Assembly (NCBI GenBank): GCA_002633005.1 | Contig: NMRA01000167.1 | Location: 1 to 38,872, forward strand | Length of the DNA stretch: 38,872 nucleotides | Direction of reading: 5' to 3' | From: Phoronis australis | Lineage: Eukaryota; Animalia; Phoronida | Shown: positions 30,801-38,872 of the stretch, in pieces | How the letters are laid out: each line of letters opens with the position of its first letter | Position numbering within the stretch: the first letter of the stretch is position 1 | Program-made: the position numbers and the translations under genes | The notes under the pieces: generated by a model | Told to the model about the DNA's origin: nothing | Seen by the model: the letters and a program-made list of their open reading frames with translations, nothing else | Databases searched by the model: none

Positions 30801-33800
30801 GTGACCTGAAATTTCCAATGTTTCTATTCATTGTTAAACGATCAACTTACCAAATTTTGTTGTGGAAAACACATTTTTATTTTACATGCAAGATTTCCAG
30901 ATTATCCAATTATATCACCTACAATATCGTACTGCGACACTGTTCGGTACCGCTGTTTGCACGCAATGTCCCCGCAAACGATCGCGACTTGGAAATGTCG
31001 GCAAGTAATTGGCCTGTTTCAATATTCGTCTCGTTTCTATGGCAAAAGACAGCAGCAAACAGATTCTCAAGACCTTCTTTCCGGGGTTGAGAAAGCGCAT
31101 ATGAGTCACCTGTCGATCACATGTGCAGTCAAGGTAAGTTGCACTTCAGAGCGTGGGAACTCACGCGCACGCACCACACCATAGTCGCACATCAAAACAG
31201 AACAGCGACAGTACAAACTATAAGAGTATAGCAGCTTGACTGTAGATTTAAGCTGACTGGGTATTTATTTGACACTGAACTTGGGCCTCCTGCTGTTTTA
31301 AAAAAAATAACGTACCCCAAAACTGCGACGCAGTCTCAGTTCTGATAAGTCGCGGCTCAATGTTCCCAAGGCCCCAGGGGTTCACCCCCTCCCACTGCTG
31401 CCAACTGACCTATCGCAAGCTCCGCCCCCTTGTGTAATGTCGACAAACAAACAATAAGTTTTACCCGGCAACATGTTGTTTGTCAGGTAAAACGGCGGCT
31501 TGGAAACCAAGGTGCGTCAATAATGCTGCGTTCTAAATGGTCAGTTAAGCCATCACTCAAAATCCTGGCGATAGGTCAATTTTCAGTCAGCCTACGTCAT
31601 AGATATTTCAGACTCGAACGGGAAGGACTTTGTTCCGGTTGAAACTAGCCAGTGAAGAAACAAAATTATTCGGGAGGGCTAAAAAGGCAGGTAGAAACAA
31701 TATTCACAAAGTTAAGGGAATTCTTCAAAATCCGAGAGCTTCCCACCCCAAAGCGAATTAGGAGTGTTGGCAAGACCACTGTGACGTTTCTCTGGCTTTA
31801 TTTTTTGCGAATATGTTTTATCCAGAGCACTGCAGATGGAAACTTAGCACGGCAGACGGCACCGCTGAAATCCTAGGTATTGAAGCCGGCGGGGTTCTTA
31901 GTTTTGCGAACATGGGAAGAAAATTAAGTGACAAAGCGTTCAAGGTTTTACATTTTGAAGCAAGTCCATGACCCGGGACAATAATTTGTTACTTGTATTA
32001 TAATTCACATTGCCAAACCACCGTCTTCCACGCTGTCCACCTAAAGTAGGGGATGGGCGTTTAAGTGAACATGGGCGTTAACCCAAATGTTTACGGTAGT
32101 CTCCCTTGATGACTGAGAATGAAGGGGAAATATTACCAGGAAGTAAAGGTGGCTAAGCTATTCTGTAGTCGCACTAATAGTTATTGCCAGTAATTTTTGC
32201 TGTTGACAGAATTAGCACGTGAAAAAGGTATTTTGTCTGATTACTTTTGTCATGTACTGTATGGAAGGCTTTAAATCAAGCTGTCAACACACAGGTTGTT
32301 ATTCAACTGTATTACTTTTAATGTGGACAAGTACATGTTGAATTTGATCAGACAAAATACATGAATTGTCCACGGACTCTGTTCGTTGTCACCACGCCAT
32401 ACTTTTTAAATACGGTTTAATTTATACAGTTCACAACAGGAACGATTTCAATTGTGTAATTTTATTAGAGGAGGCTGTTGGAAAACAATTATTGCCAGGG
32501 CAGGCAACCTTCTAGAAATACAGCCAACAAATGAACAAAATAAAGAGTACCTCATGCCCTCGACCTTTGAACTTGACGTCCTTGAATAAATTGGGAATGA
32601 TAGGAATGCCGCGATCACCAGTTAACCTAGGAGAAAATGAAGAGCCATCGACATAACATTATAAACATTGAATTCATTTGGCTATTGTTAATAGTTTTAA
32701 AACGAAAAACAATAAAAGTAAACCTTAGGAAAATTTAATACAAAAAATGCGGTGTATGAAATTACCATCATAGTAATTCACTAAAATCTGAATTTAAACT
32801 TATCTTGTTTGTATTAATTTTGTATATGGTATGATCAGAAGCAATTTCACATTAAAGGAGGCCCAAAGCTTAAAAGTCGGTAATTGTTAGTGACTGTAGT
32901 AAAAATAGAGATAAAGCCACAAGGTACAAACATTAACTTTAAATTAAAGCGTACTAAAATGCTCAATCTTGTAACATGAAGAACTGGCTCACAACCACGC
33001 CATAAATTCATCAGCGGTCAATAAATCGTCACTAAATCTTGGTATCAACCACTGTCCTTGGTAAATACTTGCCTCAACCCTATAATTTTAGAATATCATA
33101 AAACAATGCCTCTACATTCTACAGTGATTGCACCCTACGTTACGTATACCCTCAAAATTCGCGCTAAAAAATTTGGCAACGAAAGAGTCAACACCTGTCT
33201 GTTAAGAGGCTGAACTTTAACCCAAACAAACACATTACAGCTGCTAATTTCAAGATGGTGCCCAACTCCGACTGAGTTCACACACAGTATTTCAATGCAC
33301 TATGACTAATTACCTGGCCGGGTCTAACTTGGGTTGAGGTCTTGTCACCACCTTTTTGGCTGCTCCTTTGATGTTTTTTAATTTGTTGAGAACACTAGTG
33401 CTCAGTTCCTCATTTTCACCTGAGCAAAACAATTTGACAATTAGCAAAAAATGGAATTTTACAATAAAAACAACAACTTTAGGAATAAACTTTTATTAAA
33501 GTTGTGAAATGGAAAATTATAAATTATATTCAGCAAGAAGGCGGAACGGAAGCAATGAATTCCCATCCCACTCCAACCTCATCGACCAGGGGCAGATCTA
33601 GGATTTTTTGAAGGTGAGGTCGGACCAAAGATTTTTTAAAAAAAAGAGGTGGTCCAAGTCAACAATTTGAAAATTCTAAATTTGATATCACTAAAATCAA
33701 GGGAAAAGAGGAGGTCCGAACCCCCTTCATCCCCTGGATCTGCCTATGCATTCAGTGACAGCCATTTTGCCAAGTTACGTTAAAGGTTTCAAGGTGAAGC

Positions 33801-34034
33801 ATACTCGCCAAACACTCGCCTTTCATTCACATGATTTTGCAATAGATTCTCACGTCTACTAAATGCAGCCCAGTTGGGCGTAGTCTCACCTTCCCCGCCC
33901 TGCCCTTCCTCATCCTGTCCGAGGTCGGCGTCGTCCAGTTCAGGCATGGCAGGGGGTTGGGGAAACTCCCCATCGTCTTCCACACCAGTATCCCTTCCAA
34001 ATACGTCATCCATATCCAGGTCTATCGACTCCAT
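21712..34034 (-). CDS. TIPIN: TIMELESS-interacting protein, whole gene: complement(join(21712..21860,23602..23784,24184..24256,24950..25153,27470..27568,28613..28735,32551..32626,33314..33419,33890..34034)), 1158 nt, 385 aa
   Basis: Phase-consistent GT..AG introns. Swi3/Csm3 domain [17 protein letters not shown]...[61 protein letters not shown]; RPA32-binding-type motif [20 protein letters not shown]. Confidence 0.92.
22755..22989. mobile_element. MITE, ~235 bp, Harbinger-like termini
   Basis: ggagcctgttttatcaaag vs reverse complement of the right end, ggggccagtttgatcaaag (19 bp, 3 mismatches). Confidence 0.55.
23602..23784 (-). CDS. TIPIN: TIPIN coding exon 8
   Basis: tcaacag|[17 protein letters not shown]...EVQNNT+G|gtaaat, phase 1/1. 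Confidence 0.75.
24184..24256 (-). CDS. TIPIN: TIPIN coding exon 7 (RPA32-binding-type motif)
   Basis: tttgtag|[24 protein letters not shown]+G|gtgagt. Confidence 0.9.
24950..25153 (-). CDS. TIPIN: TIPIN coding exon 6
   Basis: gttatag|[26 protein letters not shown]...QQDVVQE|gtgcgt, phase 0/0. Confidence 0.85.
25330..25440 (+). mobile_element. Fragment of a tRNA-derived SINE
   Basis: Perfect T-arm gtggg-ttcgagt-cccac (25376-25392, B-box) followed by a cccttgagcc SINE-body-like motif; no full cloverleaf; boundaries approximate. Confidence 0.4.
25722..25743. repeat. (CTA)7 microsatellite
   Basis: actactactactactactacta. Confidence 0.9.
26033..26434. mobile_element. MITE, ~400 bp, ~58-bp TIRs, Harbinger-like with CWG ends
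   Basis: cagtgccaggctgcatgaaacagtcccaaatagggactcaactaaggtc vs reverse complement of the right end, cagtgcccggttgcatgaaacagtcccaaagagggactctactaaaggtc. Confidence 0.85.
27470..27568 (-). CDS. TIPIN: TIPIN coding exon 5
   Basis: tttccag|[33 protein letters not shown]|gtgagt. Confidence 0.9.
28167..28525. repeat. Direct duplication of ~140 bp (28167-28307 and 28386-28525)
   Basis: Both copies share gttgtcattgttagtctagtctac...gtgtatcattacttgttgttgggcctagcaaggtggccactgtttttggttctgaggatggtgttttaataaac. Confidence 0.92.
28613..28735 (-). CDS. TIPIN: TIPIN coding exon 4 (Swi3 core)
   Basis: ttgtag|[41 protein letters not shown]|gtataa. Confidence 0.95.
29609..32096. mobile_element. 2488-bp non-autonomous DNA transposon, TA target duplication, CCGTA termini (Tc2/pogo-like), long TIRs
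   Basis: TA|ccgtaa...ttacgg|TA; terminal 48 bp match with 6 mismatches; inverted similarity continues 29874-30173 vs 31724-32025; subterminal ttaa(c/g)cgccc repeats; no transposase ORF. Confidence 0.88.
32551..32626 (-). CDS. TIPIN: TIPIN coding exon 3
   Basis: ctcctag|G+[25 protein letters not shown]|gtactc, phase 2/0. Confidence 0.95.
33314..33419 (-). CDS. TIPIN: TIPIN coding exon 2
   Basis: gctcag|[35 protein letters not shown]+AG|gtaatt, phase 1/2. Confidence 0.92.
33587..33748. mobile_element. Short TIR element, ~160 bp, CAGGGGCGGATC-type (hAT-like) MITE
   Basis: caggggcagatctagg ... cctggatctgcctatg; no clear target-site duplication. Confidence 0.6.
33890..34034 (-). CDS. TIPIN: TIPIN first clear coding exon (acidic N-terminus)
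   Basis: ttctgtag|A ATG; [48 protein letters not shown]+G|gtgaga. The acceptor just before the ATG implies an upstream exon. Confidence 0.85.
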
Positions 34035-35413
34035 TCTACAGAACATAGGATTGTTCATTAAATTAAGATAGGAAATTTTCAAGCAAATCGACATTCGTGA
34101 CATCAGCACTTAATAACTTACAAAATGGTCCATCAGAGATGAAAAGTTGTGTGTTACTGCGAATACTTGAAACTTTTCCAAACATTGTAGGGCAACAGCT
34201 GCAGTGAAGCACCCATGCTACTGTAAGAACGTGAAGAATTCTTTTGAAAAGCCATAGGAACGGTGCTGAAATTAAATTCCAGTTGCTCACCCTATACTGA
34301 AGAATTTTTTTCAGAAAAAATTTGGTGAAATTTCATCTCGTTGAAAACTGACGAAACTATATTTTTCGTCTTGTTTCCTCCATTTGATTTGCAAAAATTA
34401 CTCCACTACACAGTAACTTAAATTGACGGCAAAATCTCACCAATTTAGGACACAATATAGCGGACAAGTGAAATTTTATTTTCTCATTTTTTTCACAATG
34501 ATATGCACAACCAGAATGATGCTTTGCCATATCCAACTTGTGTACCATAACTACCAACAGAAAATATTTTGAAAATTGTCGGAATTCACAACAATACCGT
34601 AGATGCCCTTGAAAAATGAAAAAGAGTGCAATTTTGACAATTATTGTTGTCCGAATTTGGTGAGATTGTGTCAAAACCATCGTACATTTAAAACAGAATA
34701 CTAATTCCCTGAAGATCCACTAAGTGATTTGAGTGTGTAAAAAACATTCTGTGCAAATAAAACAAATGTACAAGTAATCTATGAGCTGAATACATGACAT
34801 TAATTTGTTATAAAAGCCAGGCTGAAGTCCATCAGATGCAAACACGTCGCTAATTTTTTAAAGTTTTTACTGCAGTATCAGACCCGAACTTTATCCATTA
34901 ATTTGTTATGTACACTGTATTCAAAAGCAATGGGAGTACACCCCCCAGATTTACATATCTCGTAAAATGCAGAGTGGAGTGCAGCAAATTAAATCAATTG
35001 GATCATTTCTCTATAGTCAAGAAACAAATGTTTTCTTTCTTCAATTACCAATGATATCATGTACGAAACTATTAAGTCAATCTGGTTGCTGACCCATAGT
35101 TTGTGGTAAGCTCGCATTAAATACGTTAAATCTAAATGGCTCAAAAGGAAAGCCTTCACCACAAAATTGTTTTCCTCAAGCCAAATTCAATTGTGAATGA
35201 AATCCGGTACTATGGCAAAAGTAATTAGTAGTTTCATTAAATTAGTACCACAACATAAACTAATTCTGTAGATTACACCTGAGACAACGTTACCAGGAAT
35301 GTGTTTAGTTTCCACATCATTTCAAGGTCATTGTACGATTGACGCATAATTTTTCAAAATATCGGGCCCACTAACACGCTTCAACACAGACAAGAATCGT
35401 CATCATCACACCA

Positions 35414-35559
35414 AGCAGAACTAGACGACATATCCCTTGGCGCGAGCAGTGTAAAATGGCCAGTTGATTTGCAAAAAGTTTGGTTGCAAGAGTACTTGTT
35501 CGAGCTAGGAAGAGTTCAGGCATCAAAGGCCATTCTCTATGCACAAAAGGTATTTATAG
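35414..35559. mobile_element. Partial copy of the element at 37242-37547
   Basis: Shares catatc..tgg.gc.agcagtgtaaaatgg, aaagtttg..gagta.ttgttc.agct..gaagagttca and aaggta.tta with the right half of that element. Confidence 0.6.
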
Positions 35560-35861
35560 CAGCATGACTTGGATGGTTTAATCAGTGTGAGGCATAATTC
35601 GCCAAAAAGCTTCCAGTGTATGGAGTACCTATGAGTTGACTATTGTCTCTACTGAGCCCAGTTGAGATGGCGGTACTGTCTAGGGTTAGATAGCCCTAAA
35701 CCTAGGGACAGTCAGGGTTAGGGTTAGACGTGGGTGTGGTAATTGTCTTAGTATACAGTGGGCGTGTCTTCCATCTAGTCTAGTTGTTAGAGACCTCGTG
35801 GTCCAGTTCTGGTCTGGCTGTTGGCCAGAACGCATGTATACTCATAGTTGCACTAATAAAT

Positions 35862-35863
<2 letters not shown>

Positions 35864-35900
<37 letters not shown>
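35864..35900. repeat. (TA)n microsatellite
   Basis: ~18 TA units. Confidence 0.95.
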
Positions 35901-35903
<3 letters not shown>

Positions 35904-35931
35904 AATGTGATCGTTTTAGTTGGTACATTCA

Positions 35932-36075
35932 CAGTGGCAGATTTAGAGGGGGGCCAAGGGGCCATGGTGCCCCCTAAAATTCTCCTACGCTCCTTTGGGG
36001 CAGTTCAGGGGTGCGAATGCCTGATGGGCAAAATCCTGGCTAATATGTGCCCAGCCCCCCCCCCCCCACCCCCAN
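35932..36075 (+). mobile_element. Left end of a CAGTGGCGGAT-type MITE running into a poly-C tract and an N
   Basis: cagtggcagatttagaggggggccaaggggccatggtgccccc; resembles the terminus at 33587; N at 36075 suggests an assembly uncertainty. Confidence 0.45.
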
Positions 36076-37241
36076 GTGATGTCACTATCTTCTAATTTTG
36101 TTTGTGACAATGCCAAATTTACCTGTGAACAGCGATTCAACACGCCCCTCTTCTATGTAACGCATTATGAAACAGTAAAACCTTATAGACGTCAGAATAA
36201 CAAATGGTGAACTAATTTTAAGGTAAAATAAAACATTAGGGCATGGCAGCAAACATCCTACTGACATGATGAATTGTGGGTAAATACTAGAGTGTGGTAT
36301 TTGGAGAAGTGAACCTCCGGCTTCAGAAACAAAGAAAAGTCTTCCGTCAACTTGAAAACAGTAAGCTTGTGACCTGCACAAGTTCTAATTTTGTGCAACA
36401 TCTTTCAGAGCCAGAGCAAAATTTGTTCAGAAATTCACCACTATTAAAATACTAAAATATTAAAACAAAGTGAAACCAATTCCGATAATTTGTTGTAACA
36501 TGTACGCATCCTCGTGGATGAGGAACTGCATGCTGATTGAAGAATCGGGAAAAACAGAAAAAAAGGCAAATAGGTGATGCTCTATTTCATGGCGATGAAA
36601 GCCGATGTATAGAACAACCGCGCGACTTTAGCACCAGAAAAACACCAATAGGGCAGCAATATTTTTAGCAGCGGCAACTATAGTGTTGTTAGGTTCCAGG
36701 GATTCCTTTCTGATGTCCGTAGACTTTCAGTAGTAATCGACCATTGCCTTATTTGGTGCCATTGGTGGTATCAGCGAGGGATTCCTGGAACTGATTAAAC
36801 AGGGGTCACGGAATGTGTATGTGGTCAGGCTCCTACAATGAGGTTGCTAGCTGATCATGTGTTGGACCATGCTGTCTGCCTTTGTTACTAGTAGTTGATC
36901 TTTGGATCTTCAGTGTACAGGACGCAAGTTTCTATAGTCTGTACTGTTGTTTTATCATTGTTATTATTCTAATATATTCTTTCATATCAGCTTGTTCTTG
37001 TTGCTGCTCAAGTATAGGCAACAATACAGTAATTTAGTTCACTTGCGTCTGATTTGGCCATTTTGTTTCCCACATGGGTGCACCCAAAGCTGTTTACATT
37101 TTTACAGCTTTGTACTGTTTCAACCGACCCCAGTAGACAATGGCCATCCCAGAGGCCCACCACACGCCAGAAACGCTATGGCGAATTATGCCTCACACTA
37201 CTTAACAGTCAAAGTCACGTTACTATAAGTACCTTTTGAAC

Positions 37242-37547
37242 TATAATTACCATCTGCTTCCAACTCGAACAAGTACTCGGGTAATCAAACTTTTTTCAAA
37301 ACAGACCTTAGTTCAGTTGCCCAAATCAGTAACTGGGTATTTTCACACTGCTCTCACTATGCAGGGAATATGATGTCATATCTCCTGGAGCAAGCAGTGT
37401 AAAAATGGTCATTTGCCAATTTGGGCAAGTGAATGAAGGACTGGTCCAACAAAGTTTGATTCTGGGAGTATTTGTTCAAGCTGAGAAGAGTTCAAGACAT
37501 TAACAGCCCACTAAAGTGTTTCTCTATATGCGCAGAAGGTAATTATA
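37242..37547. mobile_element. Palindromic MITE, ~305 bp
   Basis: tataattaccatctgc / gcagaaggtaattata termini; internal inverted matches ctcgaacaagtactc..aatcaaacttt / aaagtttgatt..gagtatttgttcaag and acactgct / agcagtgt. Confidence 0.7.
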
Positions 37548-38218
37548 TAGTTATTGGTCATTAAAAACTACAATCTTCCTTGGATTAAACTAAATTATTT
37601 ACGGGTATTGGAAAAATTGATGTTATACCGTTATTTTGCTGTTGTGGAGTGCTGTTTTACGTAGGCTTTTGGTACCATGAAATATTGCGACACCTACTGG
37701 CCAGTTTCTTTTTTTTTTGTCGGTGTTTCAATCCATTGTTGTTCTTCCACGAGGTTGCATACAGTCATCACATTAAATTATCCAAACTGGCTTCACTTCA
37801 TTATAAGTTTTTGAATTTTAATACCAGCAAACCGAATTTGAGAACAAATTTTGCTTCAAAACTGTCATCTCCCGAGAGATGTCGCAAAAAATTAGAAAAT
37901 GGCACATGTACGAGTGTGTACTATTTTCAAAATGACGACACATTTTTTTGTTACAAAAGTGAGAGAATTACACAAGAAAATGACATTTATTAGATTGTTT
38001 TTCACTTAAACGGTTGTAACGAACAAGGTGAGTGTCGATTGACTCCCAGATTTTGTATGCACGGCTCGTTGGTCTTTAGCTTTACATGTTGATTACAAGG
38101 TGACAAGCAGAACTACCCCGGCTGTGACGTGTGCAATTTCGTGATCTGTGGACGTTAAACACATAGTGGTACCTAGCTGTATTTTGACGATAGTCTTCAT
38201 AAAGCTAGGTGGCTGGTG

Positions 38219-38257
38219 GACAGTGACCACCGTCTCTAGCTGACGGTGGTCACTGTC
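38219..38257. repeat. Perfect 16-bp inverted repeat with 7-nt loop
   Basis: gacagtgaccaccgtc tctagct gacggtggtcactgtc. Confidence 0.95.
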
Positions 38258-38276
38258 TAGCTGACTGACGTCCGGC

Positions 38277-38607
38277 GTATAGTCCGATTACCTCTCGTCG
38301 TCAGTCTCCAAAGGTCGTCCGCCATCTTGTTTCGCACATAGGTGTCATTATAAAATGGCTGCCGAAAAGCAATGCACAGTTGAACAACTCGGCTTAAGTA
38401 AAAGAAAACGTTTGAATCAACGAATACTATATATTTGTGAGAGTTAAATCAAGTCCTATTCAGATTATAACTTTGAAGTGGAATAATTGGGTGAGTAAGA
38501 CAACAAGCCGGTTTTATGCTTAGGCGGACGACTATAGGGTTTCGGAGTGTATAGTCCGGTTACCTATTGTCGTCAGGCTCCAAAGGTCGTCCGCCATCTT
38601 GTTTCGC
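38277..38607 (-). promoter_or_regulatory. Two 59-bp copies (38277-38335, 38549-38607) of a candidate TIPIN first exon with YY1-type motif and splice donor
   Basis: 4 mismatches between copies; minus strand reads caagATGGCGG...AG|GTAA(t/c)c; CpG-rich context; E2F-like tttcgcg at 38602-38608. Confidence 0.6.
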
Positions 38608-38716
38608 GTGCAGCGCAACCACGCGGGACTTAGCGTTCCAATTTGGAGTGCTCGTCTGCACGTTAGGTACTAACTTATCGGAAGAGACACGTATCAAAGT
38701 AATGAGACAAAAATCG

Positions 38717-38847
38717 GTGAGTTTACCGATTGTTTTTTAAAACCACTTAAAAATCAGTAGATTTTACTAATACACTTTTTTGTGCGTTTTCAGAAGATGT
38801 TTTCGAATTTAAATTTTCTTCCGACGGGACACAAAACATGATCCAGG
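38717..38847 (+). other. Well-formed 77-nt intron and 54-nt exon of a probable divergent plus-strand gene (unidentified, runs off the right edge)
   Basis: G|GTGAGT at 38717, branch-point-like tactaat at 38765-38771, pyrimidine tract, cag at 38791-38793, possible donor gtttgt at 38848. Confidence 0.45.
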
Positions 38848-38872
38848 GTTTGTTTATGCAATGTATCTGTTT

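Noticed and set aside
30150-31747. Separate TTAA-flanked transposon nested in the 2.5-kb element
   Set aside because: Inverted similarity continues outward without a break and the right flank is ccaa, so these are the inner ends of the outer element's long TIRs.
35681-35727. Interstitial telomere repeat (tagggttag, agggttagggttag)
   Set aside because: Only 2-3 scattered units; more likely part of an interspersed repeat.
1031-37993. Most short ORFs in the six-frame track as standalone genes
   Set aside because: They are intronic, repeat-derived or antisense shadows (e.g. 9022-10258 opposite the SVOP-like ORF). Only those overlapping the spliced exons and 8881-10404 have homology support.

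Overview
AT-rich, intron-containing animal genomic DNA, probably from an invertebrate (inferred from the divergent proteins and repeat types). Splicing exons by hand gives three conserved multi-exon genes: the 5' end of IQCH (minus strand, runs off the left edge), a complete 8-exon AAGAB (plus, 346 aa) head-to-head with it, and a 9-coding-exon TIPIN (minus, 385 aa) converging on AAGAB. An intact, intronless 507-aa SVOP-like MFS transporter lies antisense inside AAGAB intron 3 and is a probable retrogene. The introns carry many inverted-repeat elements, including a 2.5-kb TA-flanked long-TIR element, plus hairpins, tRNA-derived fragments and tandem repeats. At the right edge are a duplicated candidate TIPIN first exon and signs of a divergent plus-strand transcript. 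Gene names come from recalled similarity to the human proteins; no search was run. I cannot demonstrate a wholly new system. The best leads are the nested SVOP-like gene and its candidate repeat-derived promoter, possibly interleaved IQCH/AAGAB 5' ends, a G:U-biased fold-back in AAGAB intron 7, and the duplicated TIPIN leader with an overlapping uORF.
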